The position numbers and the translations under genes were made by a program. The notes beneath the pieces are model-generated. The model saw only the letters and a program-made list of their open reading frames with translations, had not been told where the DNA came from and searched no databases. From assembly GCA_946965045.2 (NCBI GenBank), contig OX337231.1, positions 1,488,001-1,552,000 on the forward strand: a stretch of 64,000 nt of DNA, written 5' to 3'. This document shows positions 53,390 through 64,000 of this stretch, piece after piece. The stretch comes from Epithemia pelagica (Eukaryota; Protista; Bacillariophyta). Each line of letters opens with the position of its first letter. The stretch's first letter is position 1.

Positions 53390-55535
53390 CTACAGTAAAT
53401 CAAGCCACTGCTGTGGCATCATGTCATCGGGAATACCAATTGGATGCCGGAATGCATTGGACATGAATACATCGCTTTGATAGGGTTTGGCAAAGTAGTG
53501 GATCGAGGATCGAGGGTAGTTGTACAAGAATCGAGGCACCTCGTTTTCATGCCATGGTAAGCGTTGTTCGGAAGGATGTTGGGTGATTCGAACTAGATAC
53601 GTCGCCTCCCTGTCTTCGTCCTCTTCTTCCTCCTCGTCGCCTTCTTCCTGATATAGCACAGCGCAGGGCCAATAATTCAACTGCATCTTCTCCCGTTCAC
53701 TGTCTAGGCGGAAGAAGGATCCATCATCACCATACGTTTGAATGAGCTCATCGTCTGACAGTTCATCAAAGTCAACCTCCTCTTCGTCGACAAAAACTTC
53801 ATGATCATCAAGTTCGGTCGGCCAGTACAAGCAGCCGGTAAAAATGTAGGGGTGGTCCGATTCTTCCCCACGTACAGAGTTGGAAACTAAATGCTCCAAG
53901 GGTTCATTGGGGGCTTGGTTGTTTGCTTCAGCGATAGAAAAGTAAAAGTCTTCTTCATCCGGTCTTTCAGGTTCCCATTCTTCAACATGTTCCTCCCATG
54001 CTTTCTCCCAGTCCTCTCCGTAGTCAATAAAAACTTCGTCTCCCGGGTTAATATCACGCAAGGCCACAATCTCCATGGCCAAAAGACGGTCGAGATTGGG
54101 TGCCATATCCTCCAACGAAGCTTTGAGAGAAACCTCAGTGCGTGGATCCCAATCCGGACTGGCCCATCGGATGGCTGCATTGGGTCCTTCTTCACCACAT
54201 TCCTTTGTCCGTGTACTGCAATGATTGACGAGGATAGCATTGGAGGTTGGACAAAGCATGAGGGAACTGTGACGATGGGAAAAGCAATAGTTGGTTAACA
54301 ATTGCTGTTGAGAATCAGAAACTTCCTGTTCTTCCATATCTTCAATTAAATAGAGTACAGACTTGTCCATAATGTGCAACAAAGGGACGGGTACAACAAT
54401 TTCACCCGCTTTCATACGGTGTTGAGCAATCCCTCCTTGACCAGCTTGTGGAAGTGTACTAGGACCAGGAATCAAGTTTTCGATACACAAACCATTTTCT
54501 CTGACCCATTCTGCGGAACGCTGAGTGGTTCCAAACTGTCGCGCGAGATTTTGCTTGAGTTTGTGCCGGTCGCTGGACATGGCAGTTTTGAGCTCACTCG
54601 TGTTGGTGGGAAGCAACGAACGGGCATGGGAAGTGAGACTTTCGTAGCGATCTCCCTCAAATGGCAGGGGAGATCCGTCGGGGATTGAATCCACATCATA
54701 ACCATGCCGAGAAAGCAGTTTGTTCCAAACGGTGAGAGTAGCCTGGGAGGCGGCTTCGAAATCCTCACGCATCGGAATGAACTGAGCCCATTCTGGGTAC
54801 CACAATGAAGCTTGACTCGGATTTTCCAGATCCTGACGAGAACAATAGCCATAACTAAGAAAAATCTCGCTTCCAGCAGGTAGCGCTTCTCGGGTGTAAA
54901 AGATGCGACCCCGGTGATAACTGTAGGCTCCAGCTCCTGGGTCTTCGAAGCGATTCATGAGGGAATCGTCGTACACATCGTTCGGGGGAGACGGAAAATA
55001 CATATCAAGAGATCCCAGCACACAGTTGTGATTCGGCAAGGCTCCAAATGTGATTTGAAAGTCAACCACCTCATTGGCTTCATACCTGGAGGTTTGTGGA
55101 ACTCCTCGTCCCCACCAGTAGTGCCCAAACACATTGTTCCACTGATCGTATCTCTCATCGAATCCATAGCCAGAGTCAACCACTGGAATCGAGGGTCCAT
55201 CTGGAGTACCCTCTGGTCCCGACAAGATGGCCTCTCCTTCTCCAATATCACGGCTGGTGTAAACACCAAACCCAGCATTACCGTGAAGTGACGATGGTGC
55301 GATGAAAATGGAGCCTGTAAAAATATATGACAGGGAATGAATGAGATCAAATGGAGACTACAAGAGGAACCGATGGCATGATCAAGGTCAATCTCCGAAT
55401 GACAAGGTCTGGGTCGGCAACGACGGATGTAGAAGGGATCTTACATTGTTTCTCGGTACCCCCGTCGCCGTCTTGTGCAGCTGCCAAAGACAAGGCGGGC
55501 AACCACAAAAAATGGCCCACGATAGAATATCTCAT
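53390..55535 (-). CDS. Signal-peptide tandem SET-domain protein (2 exons: 55535-55445, 55314-53390; 671 aa)
   Basis: Exon 1 encodes a signal peptide. A 130-nt GT-AG intron restores CSIFIAPSS..NAGFGVFT. SET motifs PNH...AGSEIFLSYG and PSTLPQAGQG...VNHCS...ALRDINPGDEVFIDYG. Confidence 0.86.
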
Positions 55536-55699
55536 TGTTGTCGTTCACCAAAGAGTTTGTTGGGAAGAGTCAATCGATTTATGGAACATCAATAATTGTT
55601 CAGTGTCGGCGACAGACAACAAGTTTGATAGAACTGTGGTCTCGGAAGGAGCCAAAGATGGCTCGGCATTGGACCCCGAGGAAGATAGAAGATACCCCC

Positions 55700-56017
55700 T
55701 ACCCCCTAGCGGAAGGGTGAGTCCTGCTCGTGAATGGGTAAGGGTGCAATCTGATACTCACCCCCAAGGCGCGACTTCGCTCAGCCGTCTTTGACAAAAA
55801 CTCTCATCCTTATCACTGCATCCACCACGGTGGGTGGAGGTGCAACCCTCTACCATGTCATCGTCGAAGTCTTCTTCATCGCACAAGCGTCACCGTCGGT
55901 CCCAACACCAGGTTAGAGAGCATTTCGCCGACCCCGTGCCCAAGGACACGTCCATTACTGCATGAGAATTCACCCTGAATCACGATCAACCTGGACTCAC
56001 CCTTCCGCTAGGGGGTA
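55700..56017. mobile_element. 318-bp Mutator-like MITE
   Basis: Perfect 25-bp TIR TACCCCCTAGCGGAAGGGTGAGTCC; perfect 10-bp TSD AGATACCCCC (55690-55699, 56018-56027). Confidence 0.93.
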
Positions 56018-56393
56018 AGATACCCCCATGATTGGTCCCGTAAAACGGATAGTTTTTCCCAGCGTCTTCTGTCTGTTAATTAATGAAAGTGAAATAACAC
56101 TCCGAAATAAACAATGCTCGGTAGTATACTTGTCCGCACAAGATGGCGGGAAAGAAAATTTCAAATTTTAAATTTGGTCTTGGTGTGATGGGATCACTTA
56201 CGTCATTTTCGACCGGTACTACGAACTTCGGACACTGCAACTTCCGGTAACTACCCGTGAGTCCCATATCCGCTAGCAATACCCAGAGGACAAGACCAAG
56301 AACTTCTTCGACAAAGGATCGATATTAATACAAAACACGTATTATGAAACCATAGAGTATGGTTTCCCATTCTCTAGTATGGAACAAACGGGA

Positions 56394-56728
56394 ATGTCGT
56401 GAGGGATGTCGTTTGATGTCGTGAGGGATGTCGTGAGGGATGTCGTTTGATGTCGTTTTATGTTGTTTGATGTCGTTTGATGTCGTTTCGGGCTCGCGCG
56501 GAAACATGGTTTGGGTCAAAATCAAGCGGTGCTCATTCAGTTGATTCAGCGATGGGCCTAGTGTCAATCAGTCGCGTGTTTTCTGTTGAAGAATACCAAC
56601 TGCTAGAGAGTAGAGCTTCTTTTGGCGATATAACAACAAACGACATCAAACGACATCAAACGACATCAAACGACATCAAACGACATCAAACGACATCAAA
56701 AGACATCTACAATGTCCCCCGACATCCG
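56394..56728. repeat. Inverted pair of decamer arrays (GATGTCGTTT)n / (AAACGACATC)n, foldback-like
   Basis: About nine ATGTCGT cores at 56394-56488, six perfect CGACATCAAA at 56641-56700 and two further cores, separated by about 150 bp of unique sequence. Confidence 0.88.
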
Positions 56729-57231
56729 TGACTCGGGATGCATGCCTCATATCGAAAGAATCTGCATCTAATATGATCATATCAGAGCTATTGGTGTGTG
56801 ATAACGCAATATGAAAACGGTTGTTTTATCGTGACGATACTCTGAGAAGTAGAAAGATTTCGTACGTTTTGAGTCCATTACCGGAAGTTGCAGGCAAAGA
56901 CTGTAGACAGCCAACGTGTTACTCTTCGATCTCACTTGAACCTAACAACAACACACAGAATCAGACAACAAACAGACAAAGACCAAAGGGGTGTAACGTG
57001 TAACGTAAAGGTACAATATCATACACTATAATTAGGCGTGGTTGTTCGGGGATCGGGGATGCTTATGGAAAGGTTCTCGCTTCTCGCCCACGCAACTGCA
57101 CACCGAAATTTCTCTGCCTTTTGAGTCGGAGAATAGTAGAACAGCGTTAACGTGGCTTCTTCTTCTCTCTCTTGGATTTCGAGCAAAACCCAAACAACGT
57201 GTCGCTCGTCGAACTGGGTTATTCGTTGACC

Positions 57232-57849
57232 ATGAGCTCCCCACCCAACTCCTCATGTCAAGACGCTCAAATTAGAAGCAGACTGTTGAATAGACTAGGA
57301 ATTTACGATGCTCCAAGCACATTGCATCAAGCGCAGCCGATGACGGCGGCACAGCATCGCCGTTTGCGTATCCTTCGTGGTATGGGTGTAGGGTACAATA
57401 TGAGTTTTTCGCCTCCCGATGGAAGCGCCACACGACCGCTTCTGGATGGCGTCAAGCCCTTCCAAGAACCTTTAAAAACTGATAGCAGCATTGTCAGAAC
57501 AAAGATAAAGAAGGAGACGCGTATCGCATTTCAAGACGAGGTCGAGGTGATTCCTATACCGACTCGCCACGAGTACAGCGATCGGATCAAGTCGCGGATA
57601 TGGTCCAATCGCCACGAACTGCAAGAGAATGCCGAACGCAATGCCCTCGAATTTGCTTCAGAAGGTTGGAACTGGAGAAGTGTTACCGAGGATGATGGAA
57701 TGTACATTTGCAGTCAATCTGGCGAGCTTGTTCATCCCATACATTTGCAACACTTGGTTTCTCAAAATCAACCCCCAGAACCAGAACCGACGTCCAATTT
57801 CCCTGATCAACCCTCACTGGAAAGAGGATCTCCTGTTCACATTCATTGA
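57232..57849 (+). CDS. Hypothetical protein
   Basis: ATG at 57232 in track ORF 57172..57849. Globular-looking C-terminal half (IAFQDEVEVIPIP...EFASEGWNWRSV); function unknown. Confidence 0.65.
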   Translation: MSSPPNSSCQDAQIRSRLLNRLGIYDAPSTLHQAQPMTAAQHRRLRILRGMGVGYNMSFSPPDGSATRPLLDGVKPFQEPLKTDSSIVRTKIKKETRIAFQDEVEVIPIPTRHEYSDRIKSRIWSNRHELQENAERNALEFASEGWNWRSVTEDDGMYICSQSGELVHPIHLQHLVSQNQPPEPEPTSNFPDQPSLERGSPVHIH

Positions 57850-58228
57850 CAACATTACTGAAACAATTACCGGAGGTCACTCCCTACTTGTAGATAGACT
57901 GGCCGACTCGAAGCAACAAGCAACTCCCTTCATCAGAGCAAGCCTTAAGATGTACAACAATATGTATTGCATATCATACTGAACAAAGAATGCCAAAGCC
58001 ATTGTAACGAATACGTACGGTTGTAAGCATTGAAACACTAAGCAACTTGATCTTTCTTCTTAGTTTAATGTGAATTTGATTACCAAATGCTGCGAATACG
58101 TCATCTAGTCACAAGAGAAATGAAACCATTGTCAACGTAGTGGAGACCACCAACCTTTCAAATGAGAGAGGACAATCGAAACATGACGCAATTTTGCGTT
58201 GGATCCCCAAATCCAAACTGGCCAAAGC

Positions 58229-59751
58229 CTACTCCTCCGAGGAGCCTTTTCTTTTCCGTTTCTGCTGTGACCTTTGTCGTTTCTTCGCTTGTTCCTGCTT
58301 TGCGGTTTCTTTTGTTCGGCGGCGGTGTTTGGCCTTGTCATTGAATCGATACGTATCGATTTGACCCGATTCTTCTCGCGCCAACACCAACTCCTCGTCG
58401 ACTTGGCTTGGATACCCAGTGTACACCTTGTTCTCCTCTCGCGTCTTGACAGCTCCCAAGGGTGCACCGCGAGGTTTCAGTAAATGTTTGGGTTCCGCGG
58501 ATGTGACATCAAAACTCCGTTCCGCTCTTGCATCACTATAAAACACGGCCAAGTCAGCAGCGTACTGGATGCACTCATCGGTTACAGGAGGACTGCCTCG
58601 ACGTTGCTGGATCAAGACGTGGGCGCCAGGACATCCACGGGCACTATCCAGTTGAAAAATGAAGAATCCAATTTCAACCATTAGAAATCAAAAGAGAATC
58701 AAACGCCGTCCATGCTGCTGTGAGGGACTTACTGCATCCATATATCGTCACCACGAGCAACATTGAAAGTGAGGTGTTCATTTCCTCGGCGGTTTCGACC
58801 AACAAGGACGATGCACCCCCCTGGTGACATGAGTTTGCGAATGTTGGATGCGGGAGTTCCCATGGCTGCTTTTCTCTTTCGATCCGACGAAGACGACTGT
58901 TTCTGGGACGACGAAGAAACACCCCCGTCTTCTGGAGGCGGTGAGAAACCCGTTCTTCTTGAGCTTTGTATCAGTCGTCTCTGAAGTAACCGAAACATTG
59001 GTTCATCCACAGTCTCATACTCTGAAACGCACGCTTTCATATCACGTTCGACTTCCTCCAAGGCCGCAAGAGACTCGAGCGTTCCTATCAAAAGATCCTT
59101 GACGACGGCAGATCCCCGTTTCAGCTTCCTCACTCGCTGAAAGAGTGCATCAGCTTCTTCTGACGCTGATACATACGAGTCGTCGAGAGTCAATTCTATC
59201 TCTTGACCATCATTTTCCCAATCCTGCACCGTGGCACTTTTGACCCCTGGTGAAAACAAGTACATGTTACTTGTAATTAGCTGCGCCCGACGAGTCGTAC
59301 CTTCCACTTCCTCAGCTTTCTTGACTTCATTGGAGAGCGAATCTCTCTTTCTAACAGCTGCCTTTGCTGCTTTTGTGAGAGACTTATACCATTCTTTGTA
59401 TTCGTCAAGCAACGGGTTTCCAGATTCGACATTAACAACATCACCTCCAATTTCGAGGGCGTCGTCATCATTTGTTCCCAGTTCTTCCCAGGAATCGCCG
59501 GTTGGGTTCTCATAAGCCTCCGAGTTCAAATCATCACCAAGGTTTGAAGTTGGTGAACTCAACAGTGCAAATCGACTTGAAAGATCCGAAAGCGACGAAC
59601 GAAAATGGACGCTATTGTTCCTTCGTAGAGTCCGGTATCCTCTAGTCCATCTCAGCGATCCTCTCGCAAGGAATGTCAGACCGATGATGGGCGTTGGCCT
59701 AAATATGACAAGAAAACATTGCAAACAAACCAATTCTATCCGGTGGTGCAT
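58229..59751 (-). CDS. RqcH/FbpA-like protein with NFACT-R domain (2 exons: 59751-58733, 58643-58229; 477 aa)
   Basis: An 89-nt GT-AG intron restores DIWMH|ARGCPGAHV. LVGRNRRGNE and AADLAVFYS motifs, a coiled-coil middle region and a signal/transit-like N-terminus. Confidence 0.83.
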
Positions 59752-59825
59752 TTGAAATCCATTCGTCGACAGAGCTGTGGTTACCTCTCCTCGTTTCTGT
59801 TTTCCTTTGGTTTTGTGGCTCGGAC

Positions 59826-61627
59826 TACCCCCAAGCAAGGGTGAGTCCAGGTCGCACATAGGTCGTACCTAAAGGTACATCTGTATACTCACCCCCTTGG
59901 CTCGACCACCCAAAATTGGCGATTTTCCGACATTGATACAAATTGCATTTTACCTCAACGCATCCACCACGGTGCCAAACTAGTGCGGTCGATTGCATCC
60001 GCCGTGAAGGTTGTCCAACCGCACCCAAGCCCTTGTAAGCTTTCCCATCCTACCGACGACACTTCTGCCTACTCGGTGTTGCCTTCAATTGTCCTTTCAC
60101 GAGCATGGACAACCAGCAAAACACCACATTTCGCGACAACAACGAGGGAGATGAAGATCCATCCACCGACTTCCCAAACCGCTCTATTACGTCCCTTCCG
60201 CCATCTCATTCTCTCCCCAAAATACCGAGCGGCCTTCCAAAGGTCCAGACCTTCTGCACCAGGCACGAACCGGAACAACCATAAACCAAGACAAGACAAG
60301 ACAAGACAAGGATGGAAAGTTGTGGTTGTCTCCATTGATAGTGCCATCTGATGCAGCTTTTATCTCTTCTGTCTGTGTGTCTCCTCGGTGAACGAAAGAT
60401 AGCTTGAATCTTTCCTTTTGTTTCGTGATCTGAAATTGGTGCAGCGGCGGTCGTCTCGTCATTGGACACGCTTTCCCAACAACACCATGTCTTCCTTTCG
60501 TTCGGCCTCAATTCCCAGGACGATGATTCTCCCCCCAAGAGCAACAAGGATGACCATCGGTTCCCCTATTCTATTTCCAGCCCCTGTTTCATGTCCTTTT
60601 CCTTGCAATCCGTCAGGCATTCACGTATCATTGCCTCCTTTACTGTGGCAGTCATACCTTTTGGAGTTGGAAGGTGGTGGGAAATGCGCAAGACGTGGAC
60701 GACTATGGCGATGTCAGCAATTCCACCTTGGAGTATTACAATGACGAATCGGAGGACCGGAGCTTGGTGCATTACACAAATAGAAGCAAAGAGGTCATAG
60801 TATGTGTGTGTGTTACCGTTCTTCTACATAGGCTTCGTATAGGTGACGGACCCTGGCAACACACAAGGAGCAGACGGCCTCGAGCCAAAACAACACAACT
60901 TGCAACATAGCTCAAGCCCCCAAACGTCCATCGGAACGAACGGTTGGACGCTGCCGTTTGGATCAAACCACCGCTAGCATTAAGGATCCGGCGCAAAATT
61001 CAAACTGGTACAGAGTGTCACAGGTCGATTCATGGTTTCTTGAATGGGTTTCGCGACAGAGTGTTGGTAATGGACACTGGTCCGAAGACAATAGGGAAGA
61101 GGGGACAACGAGCTGGCCGCAGCGCTGTCCAGAAATGTGGATGGTTCCTACCTGACAAGATTGCTTGAGTGTTGTTGTTGTGCCTGTCGGTTTGCCAAAG
61201 GAGTTTCGTAGGAGAAATTCGCAACTATAGCATCAATACCACCTGCGGCAACGGAGGAGGGAGGGCGAAACGACGTGATACCGGGGGTTGAGGAGGAACG
61301 GGCCTGAGATGTAGGAGTGTTGTTGGTTTTGGCGATGCCAGTATCAAAACCTGCTCTTGCAGATGCCACCGGCTGACTTGGGTCCACCTGAGCTTCATAG
61401 GCTTGTCGGGTTTGCTTCTGAGAAAGCTTCCGACGTTTATGTCAAGAAGAAGACATGATGTAGGTCGATTTGATACCTCTGCACCTCCACCACCGTAATG
61501 GATGCGTGGAGGTAGAATGAAATTTGTATCAATGTCGAGAGCGACCAGGTCGAGCCAAGGGGGTGAGTATACGGATGCACATCGTGCATCCAATCACGCG
61601 TGACTGACTCACCCCTGCTTGGGGCTA
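59826..61627. mobile_element. 1802-bp non-autonomous Mutator-like element with internal cargo
   Basis: Perfect 10-bp TSD TGGCTCGGAC (59816-59825, 61628-61637). Long imperfect TIRs of about 140-150 bp, including a perfect 25-bp block (59883-59907 vs 61548-61572). Confidence 0.92.
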
Positions 61628-62025
61628 TGGCTCGGACGAAGAGGGTGTCAGTGTCATTGTGAGTTGTGAGGTGGAGAAAATCTGCGACTGAAACTGATCC
61701 AATAACTCCCAACAAAACGATGTGGGCGTTTGTCTCTTGCTTGCATCGACCAACAAAAGAGGCAATAAAACAACAATGTCAAAGATTTTGGGATCCCAGG
61801 CATGATCGAGACTACTCTCAAACTCGCACCTTGATCAAAGCATGTTGTCGTCCTGCTCAAGGGTTCATGGTGATGACCAATCAATTCCCGTTTGGAGGAG
61901 TTGGCCGTATCTTTTGTGGGAACCCGGTTGAGTCGTGGAGCGAATGAGAATCCAAAAAAACTGCCTCACTTTTTCCCGATCCCATCACATTTATCTTTCG
62001 CGGGCAACAACAACAACAAAACAAC

Positions 62026-62832
62026 ATGTTGAACAAGTCAAGTAACAAGGTCTCTTATTTGGAGACACTCCACCCTGAACAGGGTTTCAAGGCACTCTCC
62101 AAGGAAGAAGGTTCCTATGCGGGGAAATGGGACGCTGTATGGGCCGAAGCAGTGCTGATTGACGATGACACAAACATCCAGTCAAATGAGAACTCGCTCG
62201 AGCGTCCTACGGGGGAAGCGGAGCAAACGGTAAAGACGGACAACCAATGGAACCGTTATAACTTCTTGTTGCTTACTGTTGGTCGGGCAATGCTGATTGC
62301 AGGTGTTGCATCCACTGTCATGACGGAACTGGGTGGTAACATTGTGTTTCTGGCGGCTGCTGGATTCTACTGGGTATCTGAGAAGCTTCGCCAGATGGGA
62401 GGGATTGTTATTCTTTTTCATTACGTGTTTGGGCTTGTTTACGTGATTTTATCCTTCATGGATATACTTTTGCTCTTTCTTGGTACTCTGATCACCGAGT
62501 TAATGGCGGGGATTGCCTTTCTCCTCTGTACATTGTTCGGAGGACCTGCTGCTGGTACAGAATGGCATCAATCGGTCCGACGTCTTTGTCATCTGACCCG
62601 ATGGGCGTTTCGAAGCTTTCATGACGAATGGAACTGTCGCCGTGGTTTGTTGCTCACGGAAACATCCCACACGAAAGAAGAATCACATGGTACAAACGAC
62701 ATTGGGGTCGAAGCACCCACGAGTGTCAACAACGACGATGGTACAATTGTCTTGGGTGTGGATGATGTAGTGGTCGAACAGGATCCAGAAGATTCCAGAG
62801 TGGAAGCCCCTCAGTCGAAGCAATCTGTTTGA
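62026..62832 (+). CDS. Hypothetical membrane protein
   Basis: 268-aa ATG ORF with several hydrophobic segments in the middle. Confidence 0.62.
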   Translation: MLNKSSNKVSYLETLHPEQGFKALSKEEGSYAGKWDAVWAEAVLIDDDTNIQSNENSLERPTGEAEQTVKTDNQWNRYNFLLLTVGRAMLIAGVASTVMTELGGNIVFLAAAGFYWVSEKLRQMGGIVILFHYVFGLVYVILSFMDILLLFLGTLITELMAGIAFLLCTLFGGPAAGTEWHQSVRRLCHLTRWAFRSFHDEWNCRRGLLLTETSHTKEESHGTNDIGVEAPTSVNNDDGTIVLGVDDVVVEQDPEDSRVEAPQSKQSV

Positions 62833-63117
62833 CCGAGTCTTCTCGCTTACATAAATGAACCTTCATTTTAATGTATGTCACATTACATAGGTGCAATCTC
62901 GGTTTGGGCCTGTGTCGTTTTTCCGCTAGACGGTCAAAAGAAATTCATCTTGAGCTGAAGTCGTGCAGACAGATGGGCAAGATTGCTGATCAAACGTCAT
63001 GATTTTACAATTGTTGCTATCAACCACTTCTTTTACACTAAGGCTACTCATCAAGTTAGATGTTTCGTCTATTTGCGCCTTTTTTGAGTATCAGGCATTG
63101 AGTATTGTGTGTACAGA

Positions 63118-64000
63118 CTAGTTGTGGTAATGACGAGAAGTGATTGAGGTAAATTGTTCATCATGGCGCCCTGCCGCATCTGCCGCACCGGTGGTCGCCA
63201 GGAAATCAGAAAGAACAGAGTAGCAAGAACGATCGGCACTGTTTTCTAGCATCAGGTTCATTCGCTCGATCCCTCCGACGATGGTCATGATGCATTTGCT
63301 TACTTGCTGTGTTTCACGGTTCAGCTTTTCAATCAGTCGGTGAGTCTCCCTATCAGATCGGTTAAAGCCAGAGCCGTTGGCACCGTTACTATCTGCATTG
63401 CCGTCGTCGTCATCCATGGATTCAATCCATCCGTCATCGTTGTTGGTGTCATCGTTGCTGTTACTGCCTTCAGTTTCGTCAGGTCCAGGCGGCAGTGGCT
63501 TCCGTAATCTCAGTGACAACTTCACAAGCTGGGTTTCAAAGTCTGCCAGACTCTCGTTGAGAAGTTGTTGTTGGCTCAATGCCTTGGGGGTGAAGGTAAA
63601 CTTTATACTATCACGCAACCGTGCAGACACTTCACGCTCCGTCTCCAATGTTCGCAGAACCTCCATCAGCTCATTTTTGGCCGCCATGCGCTTATTCTTA
63701 TGTTCCTCTGTCTCGGTCGCTGATTTAGAAAGTTTCATCTCCAATGTATCACCAAACTTGTGCAAATTCTCAGAATCTTTTTTGATGCGATGAAATTCTC
63801 GTTGCAACTCACGATTTCGTGTCTGAGATTGAACCCATTGGGCATGAAGCTGTTTCCAACGAATGTTGAGATCGCTCAAGGATTTTGATGTTTGGTTCAA
63901 TTCAACCTGTAGTGATTCGTTATCCGCTTTTGCTTGTCGGAGTTCCTCTGACTTCTTTTCGATGAAAATCTTCATTTTCTGCTTTCGTTCTTCGTTTAGT
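63118..64000 (-). CDS. Coiled-coil protein, 5'-partial
   Basis: The frame of track ORF 63118..63975 stays open to the window end; heptad-rich sequence. Confidence 0.7.
   Translation of the reverse strand, partial: LNEERKQKMKIFIEKKSEELRQAKADNESLQVELNQTSKSLSDLNIRWKQLHAQWVQSQTRNRELQREFHRIKKDSENLHKFGDTLEMKLSKSATETEEHKNKRMAAKNELMEVLRTLETEREVSARLRDSIKFTFTPKALSQQQLLNESLADFETQLVKLSLRLRKPLPPGPDETEGSNSNDDTNNDDGWIESMDDDDGNADSNGANGSGFNRSDRETHRLIEKLNRETQQVSKCIMTIVGGIERMNLMLENSADRSCYSVLSDFLATTGAADAAGRHDEQFTSITSRHYHN

Noticed and set aside
56641-56700. Regular repeats as a possible CRISPR array or telomere seed
   Set aside because: Contiguous 10-bp units without spacers, eukaryotic context, no cas genes, and not TTAGGG-like.
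59752-59859. N-terminal extension of track ORF 58729..59859
   Set aside because: Its start lies inside the MULE TIR; ATG 59751 gives a sensible targeting peptide.

Overview
Eukaryotic nuclear DNA, almost certainly a diatom. Evidence: compact genes with 62-130 nt GT-AG introns, a CoDi-type Ty1/Copia, a diatom-type Ty3/Gypsy, an Ambal-like LINE and a signal-peptide SET-domain protein. About 20 host genes are present: CLASP-like (partial, absent from the ORF track), MIC10, FHA-PP2C, thioredoxin-like, two-pore channel, rhomboid-like, MSS51-like, AIF-like, DUF1294, TAF8, PRA1, PH-like, tandem SET, RqcH/NFACT-like and several hypotheticals. Mobile DNA makes up a large part of the window. (1) A 17-kb block (16211-33167) bounded by a 16-bp direct repeat holds an APE-RT-RNaseH LINE with an intact Gypsy and a MITE nested in its long 3' region. 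(2) A one-LTR, RT-deleted Copia is fused in frame to the first 715 codons of a host gene and sits between two ~2.6-kb near-identical copies of that gene's 5' half. (3) Three members of one Mutator-like family with 10-bp TSDs are present: a 119-bp element carrying two nested MITEs, a 318-bp element and a 1.8-kb cargo-bearing element. (4) A foldback-like pair of inverted decamer arrays lies at 56394-56728. All alignments and translations beyond the supplied track were done by eye; no database searches were run.
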